A DNA stretch of 64,000 nucleotides from Oscillospiraceae bacterium (GTDB lineage Bacteria > Bacillota > Clostridia > Oscillospirales > Oscillospiraceae). The DNA is taken from assembly GCA_015068235.1 (NCBI GenBank), contig SVKY01000001.1:5660-69659 (forward strand), in the 5' to 3' direction. A program made the position numbers and the translations under genes. Positions 21,444-30,423 of the stretch are shown here, in pieces; positions within the stretch are counted from its first letter, which is position 1; each line of letters begins with the position of its first letter. The notes under the pieces are model-generated. The model worked only from the letters and a program-made list of their open reading frames with translations. It did not search any database and was not told where the DNA came from.

Positions 21444-22299
21444 TACTAAGATACAGCGTTATGCTGAAGCAATAGAACGCTATTTATCCGAATACTTTTT
21501 ATATGACGAGCCGCAAAAGAAACTCTTTGAAGCGATGCGCTACAGTCTGCTTGCAGGCGGAAAGCGAATCCGTCCGGTGTTGGTGTTGGCATTTTGTGAG
21601 CTTTGCGGCACAAAGGCGGAAGATGCACTGCCCTTTGGTGCTGCGGTCGAGATGGTGCATACCTACAGCTTGATCCATGATGATCTTCCGTGTATGGATA
21701 ACGATGATTTTAGACGCGGAAAACCTACAAATCACAAGGTTTATGGCGAAGCTACCGCAGTTTTGGCAGGAGACGCACTCTTGACGGCGGCATTTGCGCA
21801 GCTTGCAAGTGCAAATCTGCCTTCTGAGAGAATTGTAAAAGCGGTTTCGGTATTGTCTCAATGCGCAGGCGAGCTTGGAATGGTCGGCGGTCAAATTTTA
21901 GACATGGCAGCTGAGGAGAGAGTTTGCACGCAGGAAGAGGTTTTGGCGATCCAATCACGCAAGACAGGTGCATTGATCGCAGCAGCCTGTCAGCTCGGAG
22001 TGATTGCTGCCGGTGGTACGCAGGTGCAGCAAAAAGCAGCAGAAACCTATGCCTATTGTCTTGGTCTTGCGTTTCAGATCCGTGATGATATGCTTGACGT
22101 GATCGGAGACCTAAAGCAGCTCGGCAAGGCGACGGGTATGGACGAGAACAAGAATACATTCGTCCGTCTTTATGGTATCGAGGAATGTGAAAAGTTGGTC
22201 GAGAAATATACGCAACAGGCAATTGATGCACTTTGCGTATTTGACAATGCTGAATTTTTGATCGATCTGGCAAATTCTTTGGCGAAGCGTTTTTCTTAA
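21436..22299 (+). CDS. ispA: Polyprenyl (farnesyl/geranylgeranyl) diphosphate synthase
   Basis: First DDxxD motif LIHDDLPCMDNDDFRRGKP and second motif FQIRDDMLD. Start at ATG 21436 overlaps the xseB end. Confidence 0.88.
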   Translation: MNDTKIQRYAEAIERYLSEYFLYDEPQKKLFEAMRYSLLAGGKRIRPVLVLAFCELCGTKAEDALPFGAAVEMVHTYSLIHDDLPCMDNDDFRRGKPTNHKVYGEATAVLAGDALLTAAFAQLASANLPSERIVKAVSVLSQCAGELGMVGGQILDMAAEERVCTQEEVLAIQSRKTGALIAAACQLGVIAAGGTQVQQKAAETYAYCLGLAFQIRDDMLDVIGDLKQLGKATGMDENKNTFVRLYGIEECEKLVEKYTQQAIDALCVFDNAEFLIDLANSLAKRFS

Positions 22300-22320
22300 A
22301 ACTTTACACATGAGGACTTG

Positions 22321-22350
22321 CCGCCTCCGAATAGATTATTTCGGAGGTGG
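22321..22350 (+). promoter_or_regulatory. 11-bp hairpin that sequesters the sigK Shine-Dalgarno sequence
   Basis: CCGCCTCCGAA (22321-22331) pairs with TTCGGAGGTGG (22340-22350). The 3-prime arm contains the GGAGG located 7 nt upstream of ATG 22355. Confidence 0.5.
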
Positions 22351-22354
22351 TCTC

Positions 22355-23041
22355 ATGATTGGTGCAGCTGTTTGGCTGATGCTCAGCAGCATCATGTATT
22401 CGCTGCGGCTTTCCAATGGCGGCGGTTCGTTTCCGAAACCCTTGTCGGCAAAAGAAGAACAGCATTATCTTCAATTGGCATCACAGGGTGATATTGAAGC
22501 TCGGAACATTTTGATCGAGCGAAATTTACGCTTGGTTGCCCATATTATGAAAAAATACTACACCCAAACCTCGGATCAGGAGGATTTGATCTCCATCGGT
22601 ACGATCGGTTTGATCAAAGGGATCTCCACTTATGATGCCTCAAAAGGCGCACGATTGGCAACCTACGCTGCTCGATGTGTAGAAAATGAGATCCTGATGT
22701 ATTTCCGTGGGCAGAGAAAAAGTGCCTCTGATGTGTCTTTGTCGGATTTTATCGAAACTGCGAAGGACGGCACGGCGCTCTCGCTCATGGAGGTTGTTTG
22801 CTCCGATGAGGATTTGTTTGAGCAGATGTCTGATAAGGAGACCTACGCAAAGCTATACGAGAAAATTCAGACCTGCTTAGAACCGAGAGAACGTAAGATT
22901 ATCATTCTGCGATATGGGATCGGTAATCAAAAACCGCTGACACAGAGACAGATCGCTGATTTATGTGGAATTTCAAGAAGCTATGTCAGCAGGATCGAAC
23001 GAAAAGCACTCAATAAGCTTGAGGCAGAACTGAGCGAATAG
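22355..23041 (+). CDS. sigK: Sporulation sigma factor pro-SigK (uninterrupted, no skin element)
   Basis: A hydrophobic pro-sequence, then SFPKPLSAKEEQHYLQLASQGDIEARNILIERNLRLVAHIMKKY and GISRSYVSRIERKAL. This matches B. subtilis SigK better than SigE. Confidence 0.8.
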   Translation: MIGAAVWLMLSSIMYSLRLSNGGGSFPKPLSAKEEQHYLQLASQGDIEARNILIERNLRLVAHIMKKYYTQTSDQEDLISIGTIGLIKGISTYDASKGARLATYAARCVENEILMYFRGQRKSASDVSLSDFIETAKDGTALSLMEVVCSDEDLFEQMSDKETYAKLYEKIQTCLEPRERKIIILRYGIGNQKPLTQRQIADLCGISRSYVSRIERKALNKLEAELSE

Positions 23042-23054
23042 AGGAGAATTACAA

Positions 23055-23588
23055 ATGAATGCATGGAAGCATTTTCTCACGATCACAAGGCATCGCTGGA
23101 AAGTGAGAAGGAATTGCTGGAAGGTTGGCTTGTATTGGCAAGGATTGACGCATGATTTGTCCAAATACTCTTGGACAGAGTTTTCCGCCGGCATAAAATA
23201 TTATCAAGGCACAAGAAGTCCTAATTCGCAGGAGCGTGAGCTGAACGGATACTCCCTTGCTTGGATGCATCACAAGGGCAGAAACAAGCATCATTTTGAG
23301 TATTGGAACGATATTGACCTGTCAACTAAACAATACGAACCTGTGCCGATGCCGAAGAAATATTTTGTCGAAATGGTGATGGACAGAATTGCAGCGTGCA
23401 AAATATACCATGGCAAAAATTATCAAGACGGTGACGCCTTGGATTATCTGCAAAAATCACTTGAGGCAAAAGAGTCATCCTCTATGCACCCCAAGACGAA
23501 AGAAGATTTGATCTTTGTCTTGACAATGCTGCGTGATAAGGGCGAAAAGGAAACTTTTCAATATTTGAAAAAGCACTTATTATCATAA
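23055..23588 (+). CDS. DUF5662-like protein
   Basis: THDLSKYSWTEFSAGIKYYQGTRSPN...AWMHHKGRNKHHFEYW resembles the DUF5662 family from memory. Confidence 0.45.
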   Translation: MNAWKHFLTITRHRWKVRRNCWKVGLYWQGLTHDLSKYSWTEFSAGIKYYQGTRSPNSQERELNGYSLAWMHHKGRNKHHFEYWNDIDLSTKQYEPVPMPKKYFVEMVMDRIAACKIYHGKNYQDGDALDYLQKSLEAKESSSMHPKTKEDLIFVLTMLRDKGEKETFQYLKKHLLS

Positions 23589-23590
23589 AA

Positions 23591-23628
23591 AATACCAACA
23601 TCGAACAAATTCGCTGTTGGTATTTTTT
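23591..23628. terminator. Bidirectional terminator between convergent genes
   Basis: AATACCAACA (23591-23600) / TGTTGGTATT (23615-23624), with T-runs on both strands. Confidence 0.7.
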
Positions 23629-23629
23629 C

Positions 23630-24565
23630 TTAAAACATAGCAACGTCATTTTCCGGTGCATCAGCCTCTTTGAGCGAAAGTGCTGTCAAGACGGGACCGA
23701 TGCCACGATAGATGGCGTGGAATTTTGTTTGGATCTGTGCGGTCAGCATGACCCATGTGCGAGCTTTGAGTTCGCCTGCTTTTTCATATTTGCAGGGAAT
23801 TCCCATAAATTCAATATCATCAATACAGCACGTCATAACGAAGCGCCCGGGTGCAAAGAAGCCCTCACGTTCCTTGCGCAGCTTTGCGACCTGTGCCTTA
23901 AAGCATACGGTCTTGCCGTTATACTTTTTTGGTTCCTCTGTCAAATCACGGTAAAACAGAGCGTAATCTTCGTCTGCGACTTCAATGATCGGAGCGTTGA
24001 TATCAAAGGGAAGAGGGTCTTCGATGTCATCAAATTTTGTCGTGCCGTCGTCATATTCATAGATGATTCCGACACGTCGGTTAATTGCACGAGCCAACTT
24101 GTGAAGCGGCATGATATCGGTTCCGACAGGCAGACGGTTAAAGCAAACCATCTCACAACCTGTCAGCTTATCAACGACCAAAGAACGCATATTTTGATTG
24201 TAGCTCAAAATATTTCTGCCATCGGCAAACATGACTTCCTGCGCTATGACCCATTCCGAGGGCATTTTTTGGTAGAAAACGCCGACCTGAAGCATTCCGT
24301 TGAGCTCCAATACCACTCGTTCGGCGCAGTGCTTTTTGATCAGCCCCGCAAGTTCGGCTGTGGTAACATCTTCCTCATCCACGATCTCAAGGAAAACATT
24401 TTTGTGCGGATATGCGGAGATATCAAATTCTTCCTCGCCCTCTTCGCATAATAACAGTAGTGTGCGTTCGCCGGCGTTAAAGCGTGTGTCGCAGAGTGTA
24501 TCTTGAATGAATTTGGTTTTTCCTGCGTCCAAAAAACCTGTAAAAGCATATACCGGAATCTGCAT
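23630..24565 (-). CDS. G3E-family P-loop (CobW-like, lacking the CxCC motif) fused to a DUF1980/TIGR03943-type C-terminal domain
   Basis: N-terminus FTGFLDAGKTKFI. C-terminus YNGKTVCFKAQV...GRFVMTCCIDDIEFMGIP...WVMLTAQI carries the CCxxD signature of DUF1980. AAGGAG lies upstream of ATG 24565. Confidence 0.6.
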   Translation of the reverse strand: MQIPVYAFTGFLDAGKTKFIQDTLCDTRFNAGERTLLLLCEEGEEEFDISAYPHKNVFLEIVDEEDVTTAELAGLIKKHCAERVVLELNGMLQVGVFYQKMPSEWVIAQEVMFADGRNILSYNQNMRSLVVDKLTGCEMVCFNRLPVGTDIMPLHKLARAINRRVGIIYEYDDGTTKFDDIEDPLPFDINAPIIEVADEDYALFYRDLTEEPKKYNGKTVCFKAQVAKLRKEREGFFAPGRFVMTCCIDDIEFMGIPCKYEKAGELKARTWVMLTAQIQTKFHAIYRGIGPVLTALSLKEADAPENDVAMF

Positions 24566-24575
24566 GAAATTCTCC

Positions 24576-25739
24576 TTATACGCCGAAACGAGAGGCAATG
24601 GCTTCTTCGTTCAGCTTTGCACCGATCACGCAAATTCTGCCGGTTACGGCAGCACTGCCACTGCGGATGTCGATCTCATGCGGAACATGGTCAAAATGGA
24701 TCCATGTTCCGTCGGTGCTTGCAACAATGCCCTTTGCACGCAGTACCATGCCAAAGCGGTCTTCATCATCAAGCTCTTTCAAAATGCTTTCAATTTCATC
24801 AGCCGTGAATTTTTTTGCTGTTTCAATGCCCCAACTTGTAAAGACATCATCTGCATGATGGTGTCCGTGGTGATCATGATGATGCTCGTGTTCCCCGTGA
24901 CAATGGGGGCAATCGCAATCCTCGTCATGGTGATGATGCTCATGGTGTTCGTGGTGATGGTGATGCTCGTGCTCCTCGTGACAATGGGGGCAATCGCAAT
25001 CTTCGTCATGGTGATGATGCTCATGGTGTTCGTGATGATGGTGATGCTCGTGTTCCCCGTGACAATGGGGGCAATCGCAATCTTCATCGTGATGGTGGTG
25101 ATGCTGTTCGTGCGCTAAAAGCTCAGCAAGCTCACTGTTGAGTGTGTTCTGCTGCTGCATTGCGTCAAGAATTTGCTTGCCGGTCAACTCATCCCAAGGT
25201 GTCGTAATAATCAATGCCTCGCTGTTATGCTCACGCAGAAGGGAAGCAGCAGCTGCAAGCTTTTCGGGTGTAATATTGGAGGTTCTGCTTAAAATAATTG
25301 TAGAAGCTGTTTCGATCTGGTTCAAATAGAATTCACCAAAGTTCTTCAGATAAACCTTGCATTTGGTCGCATCGGCAACGGTAATAAAGCTTCCGAGCTT
25401 CACGCCGTCGCTCTCCACACGGCGCACTGCTCCGATTACATCAGAGAGCTTGCCCACGCCGGAGGGCTCGATCAAAATGCGATCGGGATGGAATTGCTCG
25501 ATCACTTGCACAAGTGCTTTGCCAAAGTCTCCGACGAGCGAACAGCAAATGCAGCCGGAGTTCATCTCATTGACCTCAATGCCTGCGTCCTGCATAAAAC
25601 CGCCGTCTATGCCGATCTCGCCAAACTCGTTTTCGATCAAGACGAGCTTCTCGCCGTTATATGCCTCTTGGATCATTTTCTTGATCAAAGTCGTTTTTCC
25701 GGCGCCTAAGAATCCGGAAAAAATATCAATTGTTGTCAT
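24576..25739 (-). CDS. COG0523/CobW-family metallochaperone GTPase with a His/Cys-rich insert
   Basis: GFLGAGKTTLI P-loop, the GCICCS metal motif, a long His/Cys-rich tract with three DEDCDCPHCH units, and a CobW C-terminal domain. Confidence 0.85.
   Translation of the reverse strand: MTTIDIFSGFLGAGKTTLIKKMIQEAYNGEKLVLIENEFGEIGIDGGFMQDAGIEVNEMNSGCICCSLVGDFGKALVQVIEQFHPDRILIEPSGVGKLSDVIGAVRRVESDGVKLGSFITVADATKCKVYLKNFGEFYLNQIETASTIILSRTSNITPEKLAAAASLLREHNSEALIITTPWDELTGKQILDAMQQQNTLNSELAELLAHEQHHHHHDEDCDCPHCHGEHEHHHHHEHHEHHHHDEDCDCPHCHEEHEHHHHHEHHEHHHHDEDCDCPHCHGEHEHHHDHHGHHHADDVFTSWGIETAKKFTADEIESILKELDDEDRFGMVLRAKGIVASTDGTWIHFDHVPHEIDIRSGSAAVTGRICVIGAKLNEEAIASRFGV
24870..25110 (-). repeat. 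81-bp (27-aa) in-frame tandem repeat, about 2.7 copies, encoding DEDCDCPHCHGEHEHHHHHEHHEHHHH
   Basis: GTGACAATGGGGGCAATCGCAATC recurs at 24897, 24978 and 25059. Confidence 0.85.
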
Positions 25740-25894
25740 ATCGTTGTATTTCCTTTCACTGTATAGATCATTCGGCAATATTATAGCACTCTTTTCATAT
25801 AAGTGCAAGGGAACAAAATTGAAATAACGGTTGATTTTTGGCTCAAAAATGCTATACTTACATATAGAATGATGAAAGGAGGCGCAGCGTATCT

Positions 25895-27937
25895 GTGAGA
25901 GAATATTTCCGATTTGAAAATTTGCGCAAAGAATGGACTCGTCAAAATTATTTACTTCTGCTGCGCTGCCTGATTGCTTCCTTGATCGTTGTGGTTGTTA
26001 CGGAGATTTTAGCCAGGCGTTCCATTGACCATACCTTGACATTTTTAGTCACAAAATTTCCGGTCTTTGCTTATAACGCATTGCTTGTCTTTTTGACTAT
26101 GTGCTTTGCGCTTTTATTCCGCAGGCGTTTCTTCGCTCTGGCTGTTGCAGGCGGAACATGGATCGGTGTTGCGATTGCTGACAGCATTTTGCTTTCCTAT
26201 CGCTCCATGCCGCTAACGGCACCGGATATTTTCCTGATGAGCTCCGTGCGCAGTATTTTTGACAAATATATGAGCTATTTTGAGCTTGGAATTTTGATGT
26301 TTTTGATCGCTGTGGCGATTGCCTGCATTTTTTACATTCTTTATTGCTCTAAAAAATATCAAGTGATCTTCGTCTTTGCAGCCTCACATTTTTTGCTCAC
26401 ACTCGGCTTGTTTGTTCTTTCAACTGTAGTGTTTCAGAGCTTGGGCATCCTTCAAGGCACCAGAGATTTTCACAATCTGCCTCGTGCTTATGAGGAAAAC
26501 GGCTTTTGCTATTGCTTTGCAGCAAGTCTTTGGACCGGTGGCGTCGAGGAGCCTGACGAATACTCCGATGAGGTCGTCGATGACATTCAGGAGGACATTT
26601 TCATTGAGCTTCCGGAAACTGCGCAGGATACGCCCAATATTGTCTTTGTTCAGTTGGAAAGCTTCTTCGATCCGAATTATATGAAGGATCTGATCTTCTC
26701 TGAAAATCCCGTTCCGAATTTTCAATCGATTCGGGAAAACTATCCAAGCGGTTTACTTTCCGTTCCCTGTATCGGCGCAGGAACGGCAAATACAGAGTTT
26801 GAGGTTTTAACCGGAATGAACTTGAGCCATTTCGGCGTGGGAGAATACCCGTATATGACGATCGTGGACTCCGCATGCCCCGAGACAATTGCCTATTGTC
26901 TAAACAGCATCGGATACCGCACCCATGCGATTCACAATAATAATGCGACGTTCTATGACAGAGATATTGTGTATGATAATCTCTCGTTCCAGACCTTCAC
27001 TTCGCTGGAATATATGGATTTAGACCCTGAAACCGATTTTACACCGACACAGTGGGCGAAGGATGCCGTTTTAACAGAGGAAATCCTGAAATGTCTGAAC
27101 GAAGATGAGGAAAAGGACTTCGTTTTTACCGTATCTGTCCAACCACACGGCAGATACCCGACGGAATATTCCGAGCAATTGCAGTATTTGGACTGCGTTG
27201 GCATGGATAACCCTGCCCGTGAGCTTGGATTTGAGTATTATCTTTATCAGCTGCGAGAAACAGATGCGTTTGTTGGTGAGCTTGTCAATGCGCTTTCTGA
27301 CTTTGAGGAAAAAACGGTCGTTGTATTCTATGGCGACCATTTGCCGAGCTTCAATATCAGCGCTGACGAATTGTCATACGGCAATGAGCAGACGACAGAA
27401 TATGTGATTTGGGCAAACTATGATATCGGGAATCAGAAACGTGATGTTCAGACCTACCAGCTTTCTGCCTATGTTATGAACCTTTGCGGCATTCACGAGG
27501 GTGTCATATTCCGCCTGCATCAAAGCTATGATTTCCCTGATGATATGCAATTAGCCTTCCAGGATTATTTGAATCAGTTGGAGTATGATATGCTTGAAGG
27601 CGAGCATTTTGCGCTCAATGGCGAGATCATTCAGCCGATCGGTTTACGCTTTGATGTTGAGGATATCGTTTTCGAAAGTATTTCGGAGGAAGATGAAGCC
27701 TTGCGAATCTATGGAGAGAATTTCACAAGATACTCTGTGGTGTATCTCAACGGAGAAGCGTGTTTAACAGAATTTATTTCCGAGCAGGAGCTGAAAGTGC
27801 ATCAGATCTCACTTGAGGATCAGAATGAGATTTTTGTTGCTCAGATTTCTGCGATCGATGAAATGGAAATTTTGAGCCAAACGCAATCAATCATTTGGGA
27901 GGAACCGGACGATGGCGAATCTGAAACAGTTGAATGA
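25895..27937 (+). CDS. LTA synthase family protein (polytopic N-terminus plus extracellular sulfatase/phosphoglycerol-transferase domain)
   Basis: About 5 TM segments, then the VFVQLESFFD, GTANTEFEVLTG and YGDHLPS motifs of LtaS-type sulfatases. GTG start. Confidence 0.75.
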   Translation: MREYFRFENLRKEWTRQNYLLLLRCLIASLIVVVVTEILARRSIDHTLTFLVTKFPVFAYNALLVFLTMCFALLFRRRFFALAVAGGTWIGVAIADSILLSYRSMPLTAPDIFLMSSVRSIFDKYMSYFELGILMFLIAVAIACIFYILYCSKKYQVIFVFAASHFLLTLGLFVLSTVVFQSLGILQGTRDFHNLPRAYEENGFCYCFAASLWTGGVEEPDEYSDEVVDDIQEDIFIELPETAQDTPNIVFVQLESFFDPNYMKDLIFSENPVPNFQSIRENYPSGLLSVPCIGAGTANTEFEVLTGMNLSHFGVGEYPYMTIVDSACPETIAYCLNSIGYRTHAIHNNNATFYDRDIVYDNLSFQTFTSLEYMDLDPETDFTPTQWAKDAVLTEEILKCLNEDEEKDFVFTVSVQPHGRYPTEYSEQLQYLDCVGMDNPARELGFEYYLYQLRETDAFVGELVNALSDFEEKTVVVFYGDHLPSFNISADELSYGNEQTTEYVIWANYDIGNQKRDVQTYQLSAYVMNLCGIHEGVIFRLHQSYDFPDDMQLAFQDYLNQLEYDMLEGEHFALNGEIIQPIGLRFDVEDIVFESISEEDEALRIYGENFTRYSVVYLNGEACLTEFISEQELKVHQISLEDQNEIFVAQISAIDEMEILSQTQSIIWEEPDDGESETVE

Positions 27938-28328
27938 CTTTTTTCAAAACGATCTGTTTGCAACAAAGCTGTGCGGCATTCGGATCAAGGAGGCTGGCTA
28001 TCACTGCGCTTTATGCACAATGCCGCTGACGGAGAATCACTGTAACGCCAGAGGCAGTGTAATGGGTGGTGCGATATTTACCCTTGCAGATTTTGCTGCT
28101 GCGGTTGCCGCTAACAGCGAGCTATGTGATGAACATGTGATCTCGCTGCATGCGGACATCTCATATTTGAGCGTCGCAAAAGGGGAGCTGCTTTACGCCG
28201 AAGCAAGCAGTGTGAAGCACGGAAAATCGACGACCGTCTATCAGGTGGATATCAGCGATGATTTGGGAACAAAAGTTGCGCAGATCATCGTTACAGGATA
28301 CATCTTAAAAACAAAACCTCCGGTCTGA
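27912..28328 (+). CDS. PaaI-family hotdog thioesterase
   Basis: NARGSVMGGAIFTLADFAAAVAAN. 138 aa. Confidence 0.75.
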   Translation: MANLKQLNDFFQNDLFATKLCGIRIKEAGYHCALCTMPLTENHCNARGSVMGGAIFTLADFAAAVAANSELCDEHVISLHADISYLSVAKGELLYAEASSVKHGKSTTVYQVDISDDLGTKVAQIIVTGYILKTKPPV

Positions 28329-28339
28329 CCGGAGGTTTT
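28313..28339. terminator. Bidirectional terminator between convergent genes
   Basis: AAAACCTCCGGT / ACCGGAGGTTTT perfect 12-bp stem flanked by A- and T-runs. Confidence 0.8.
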
Positions 28340-28341
28340 GT

Positions 28342-29838
28342 TTATTTCTCAATAAAGTTTTCAATATAGAAATCCGAGTGCTTACTGATTTGATCGTTTA
28401 AGTAATCAAGTCCCAATTCTTCCGCAAGCGTTTGTCGTTCAGAAAACAGATTCGTACCGATTCCCAAACGATCACCCTCGATCGTGCAACCAATGGCTGC
28501 AAGCGTTGTCGGGAACATATCCATCGGGGTGAATGAACGATTCTTGCTGTTTACGGCTTCAACAGGGGCGTTGATGATGCAGTTGTAGACATGGCGTTCA
28601 TAATCCTCATCGACGTTGCGGACGAAATATTGATTGTCCATGCTCGGATGGTCGCCGCAAATGATGATGGTCGTATTGTCATAAAATTCCTGCTGTTGGA
28701 TCCATTCGACAAACGCAAGCACCTGTCGGCTGGAGCAGGAAATGACATTTTCATACTGTTCTTCATGCTCGTTACCACAGCAATCGCCATAGTATCCGTC
28801 GATATGGTGCGTATCAGCAGTCAGCATCGTGAAAGCGAAGGGATGTTCAAGAGTTGAAAGACGTTCAAGCTCTCTCTTTGCATAATCAAACAGCTTGCTG
28901 TCTTCAAAGCCCCACCATACCATGTAATCCTCGGGCAGCGTTCCATCTGCACGGGCATCCTCCAAGTCATAAATCTGATCGGTATTATGAAGATCAAAGT
29001 ATTCTTCACGTGCGCCAAAGGTAGCATCGGAACCGACCATCAGGGTTTGATAATAACCGGCATCGTGCAGAATATCCTGCAAATTGGTGGCGCCGGGCAG
29101 ATAACCTTCAAATTTTCCGATTTCAATGGAGGACAGGTCCATCGTGAGAGGAAGACCGGAGGTCTGCGATACCAATGCAGCCGATGTCCATGTCGTGTGT
29201 GTGATGCGTGGCCAGCCGCCGACACCGTCGTTATGAGAGAAATTCGTGTTGTCCCTTGCAAGCTCGTAAAGCTCGGGGATCAGATTTGCATCTCTTGCGC
29301 CACCAAGCTCCTTTGACATGAAAGAGGTTTCCATCGATTCCAGATAAATGTAAATCAGGTTGCGTTTTTCCTCCGGGAAAGAGATGGCTGTAGTTTCGGG
29401 TGCTGCATAATGCTCCTCATAAAGCGTTGTATCATCAAAATAATAGTCAACCACAAAAGCCGGGAAACGCACCATAAAAGCTGCAGAAAAGACCAGCACA
29501 ACACATAGCACGGCGAAGATCGCATTTGAAGTCGTGCGCTTGAGGGGAAAAATCTGCTTTCGAGCAATGCGCAGAGAGAATTTTTTACCCCGATAGAAAA
29601 AAATCGGAAACAGGATCACCGTAGCAATGCCGGCAGGTAAGAGCGCATTGAGCTTCCAGCTGATGGCAATGTTGTTCGAGCAACCCTTCCAGGGTGTCAT
29701 AAAGGTTGAAATGATCGACATAAAGCCGGTATCGCCATAACGATCCGTATACCATTTGGCTAAAAGAATTGCCAAAAGCGACATAAATAATATGCCGCAA
29801 AGCAAAGCATATTTCAAAATTCGACAAGCTTTTTTCAT
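28342..29838 (-). CDS. Second LTA synthase / sulfatase family protein
   Basis: TM-rich N-terminus and the IYIYLESMETSF, TWTSAALVSQTSG and CGDHPSM motifs. Start at MKKACRILKY is preceded by GAGGAG. Confidence 0.75.
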   Translation of the reverse strand: MKKACRILKYALLCGILFMSLLAILLAKWYTDRYGDTGFMSIISTFMTPWKGCSNNIAISWKLNALLPAGIATVILFPIFFYRGKKFSLRIARKQIFPLKRTTSNAIFAVLCVVLVFSAAFMVRFPAFVVDYYFDDTTLYEEHYAAPETTAISFPEEKRNLIYIYLESMETSFMSKELGGARDANLIPELYELARDNTNFSHNDGVGGWPRITHTTWTSAALVSQTSGLPLTMDLSSIEIGKFEGYLPGATNLQDILHDAGYYQTLMVGSDATFGAREEYFDLHNTDQIYDLEDARADGTLPEDYMVWWGFEDSKLFDYAKRELERLSTLEHPFAFTMLTADTHHIDGYYGDCCGNEHEEQYENVISCSSRQVLAFVEWIQQQEFYDNTTIIICGDHPSMDNQYFVRNVDEDYERHVYNCIINAPVEAVNSKNRSFTPMDMFPTTLAAIGCTIEGDRLGIGTNLFSERQTLAEELGLDYLNDQISKHSDFYIENFIEK

Positions 29839-30170
29839 TTGAATCTCCTCGGGGTATATCATCGTGAGGGATATTATACTCCGATTCATATAAATTGTCA
29901 ATGAAAAGAACTGTGAACATTTACAAATTAATTTCGAAATTGTTATTTCTTTGTTCATAATTCGGTAATAAACATATTTTATACTTTGGGTGTAAAGAGG
30001 AAGAACTGCTGCACTTCTGATTTACAAATGCAATCTTTTCATTTATCTCTCTTTTTTATTTTCCCTCTCTTTTTTGTGTGGATTCCTGCTTGTCTTTTGC
30101 CAATGGGACAAGCAGGAATTCTCTATTATGCTTTCCTCCACAATAAGTATCGAGTGTTCCCATAAAATGA

Positions 30171-30199
30171 TTGATTTTTCTCTGAGAATATGATATCTT
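30171..30199 (+). promoter_or_regulatory. Sigma-A-type promoter for the riboswitch transcript
   Basis: TTGATT, 17-nt spacer, TATCTT. Confidence 0.45.
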
Positions 30200-30203
30200 A
30201 ACG

Positions 30204-30345
30204 GCATGCGGAGGGAAGTCGGTGAAAATCCGGCACGAGCCCGTCGCCGTAATGCGCAAACAAAGGCACAGCCTTACCCGATGCCGTAAAGGGGAAATGC
30301 CATTGGCGTAAGCTGAGAAGGTGGTTGTGTTGGCGCTAAAGTCGG
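30204..30345 (+). promoter_or_regulatory. Cobalamin (B12) riboswitch
   Basis: The core GAGGGAAGTCGGTGAAAATCCGGCACGAGCCCGTCGCCGTAA and the B12-box-like GCCATTGGCG...GAGAAGGTGG match the conserved cobalamin riboswitch pattern. Confidence 0.8.
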
Positions 30346-30423
30346 AATATCTTCGCATAATAACTCACAAAAAAAGATCGCGAGTGCCGATTGTGTGAGA
30401 AATTATTTTGAAGGAGAAATGCT

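Noticed and set aside
24870-25110. Possible CRISPR array, considered for the regular repeats here and at 44479-44710.
   Set aside because: The repeats are contiguous with no spacers and are in frame inside well-supported coding sequences. No cas genes lie nearby.
24507-25118. 203-aa plus-strand ORF with MVMMLMVFV repeats, and the 102-aa minus-strand ORF at 24779-25087.
   Set aside because: They are alternative-frame or antisense readings of the His-rich 81-bp repeat inside the COG0523 gene.
30056-30358. 100-aa minus-strand ORF.
   Set aside because: It overlaps the cobalamin riboswitch antisense, has no RBS and gives a low-complexity translation.
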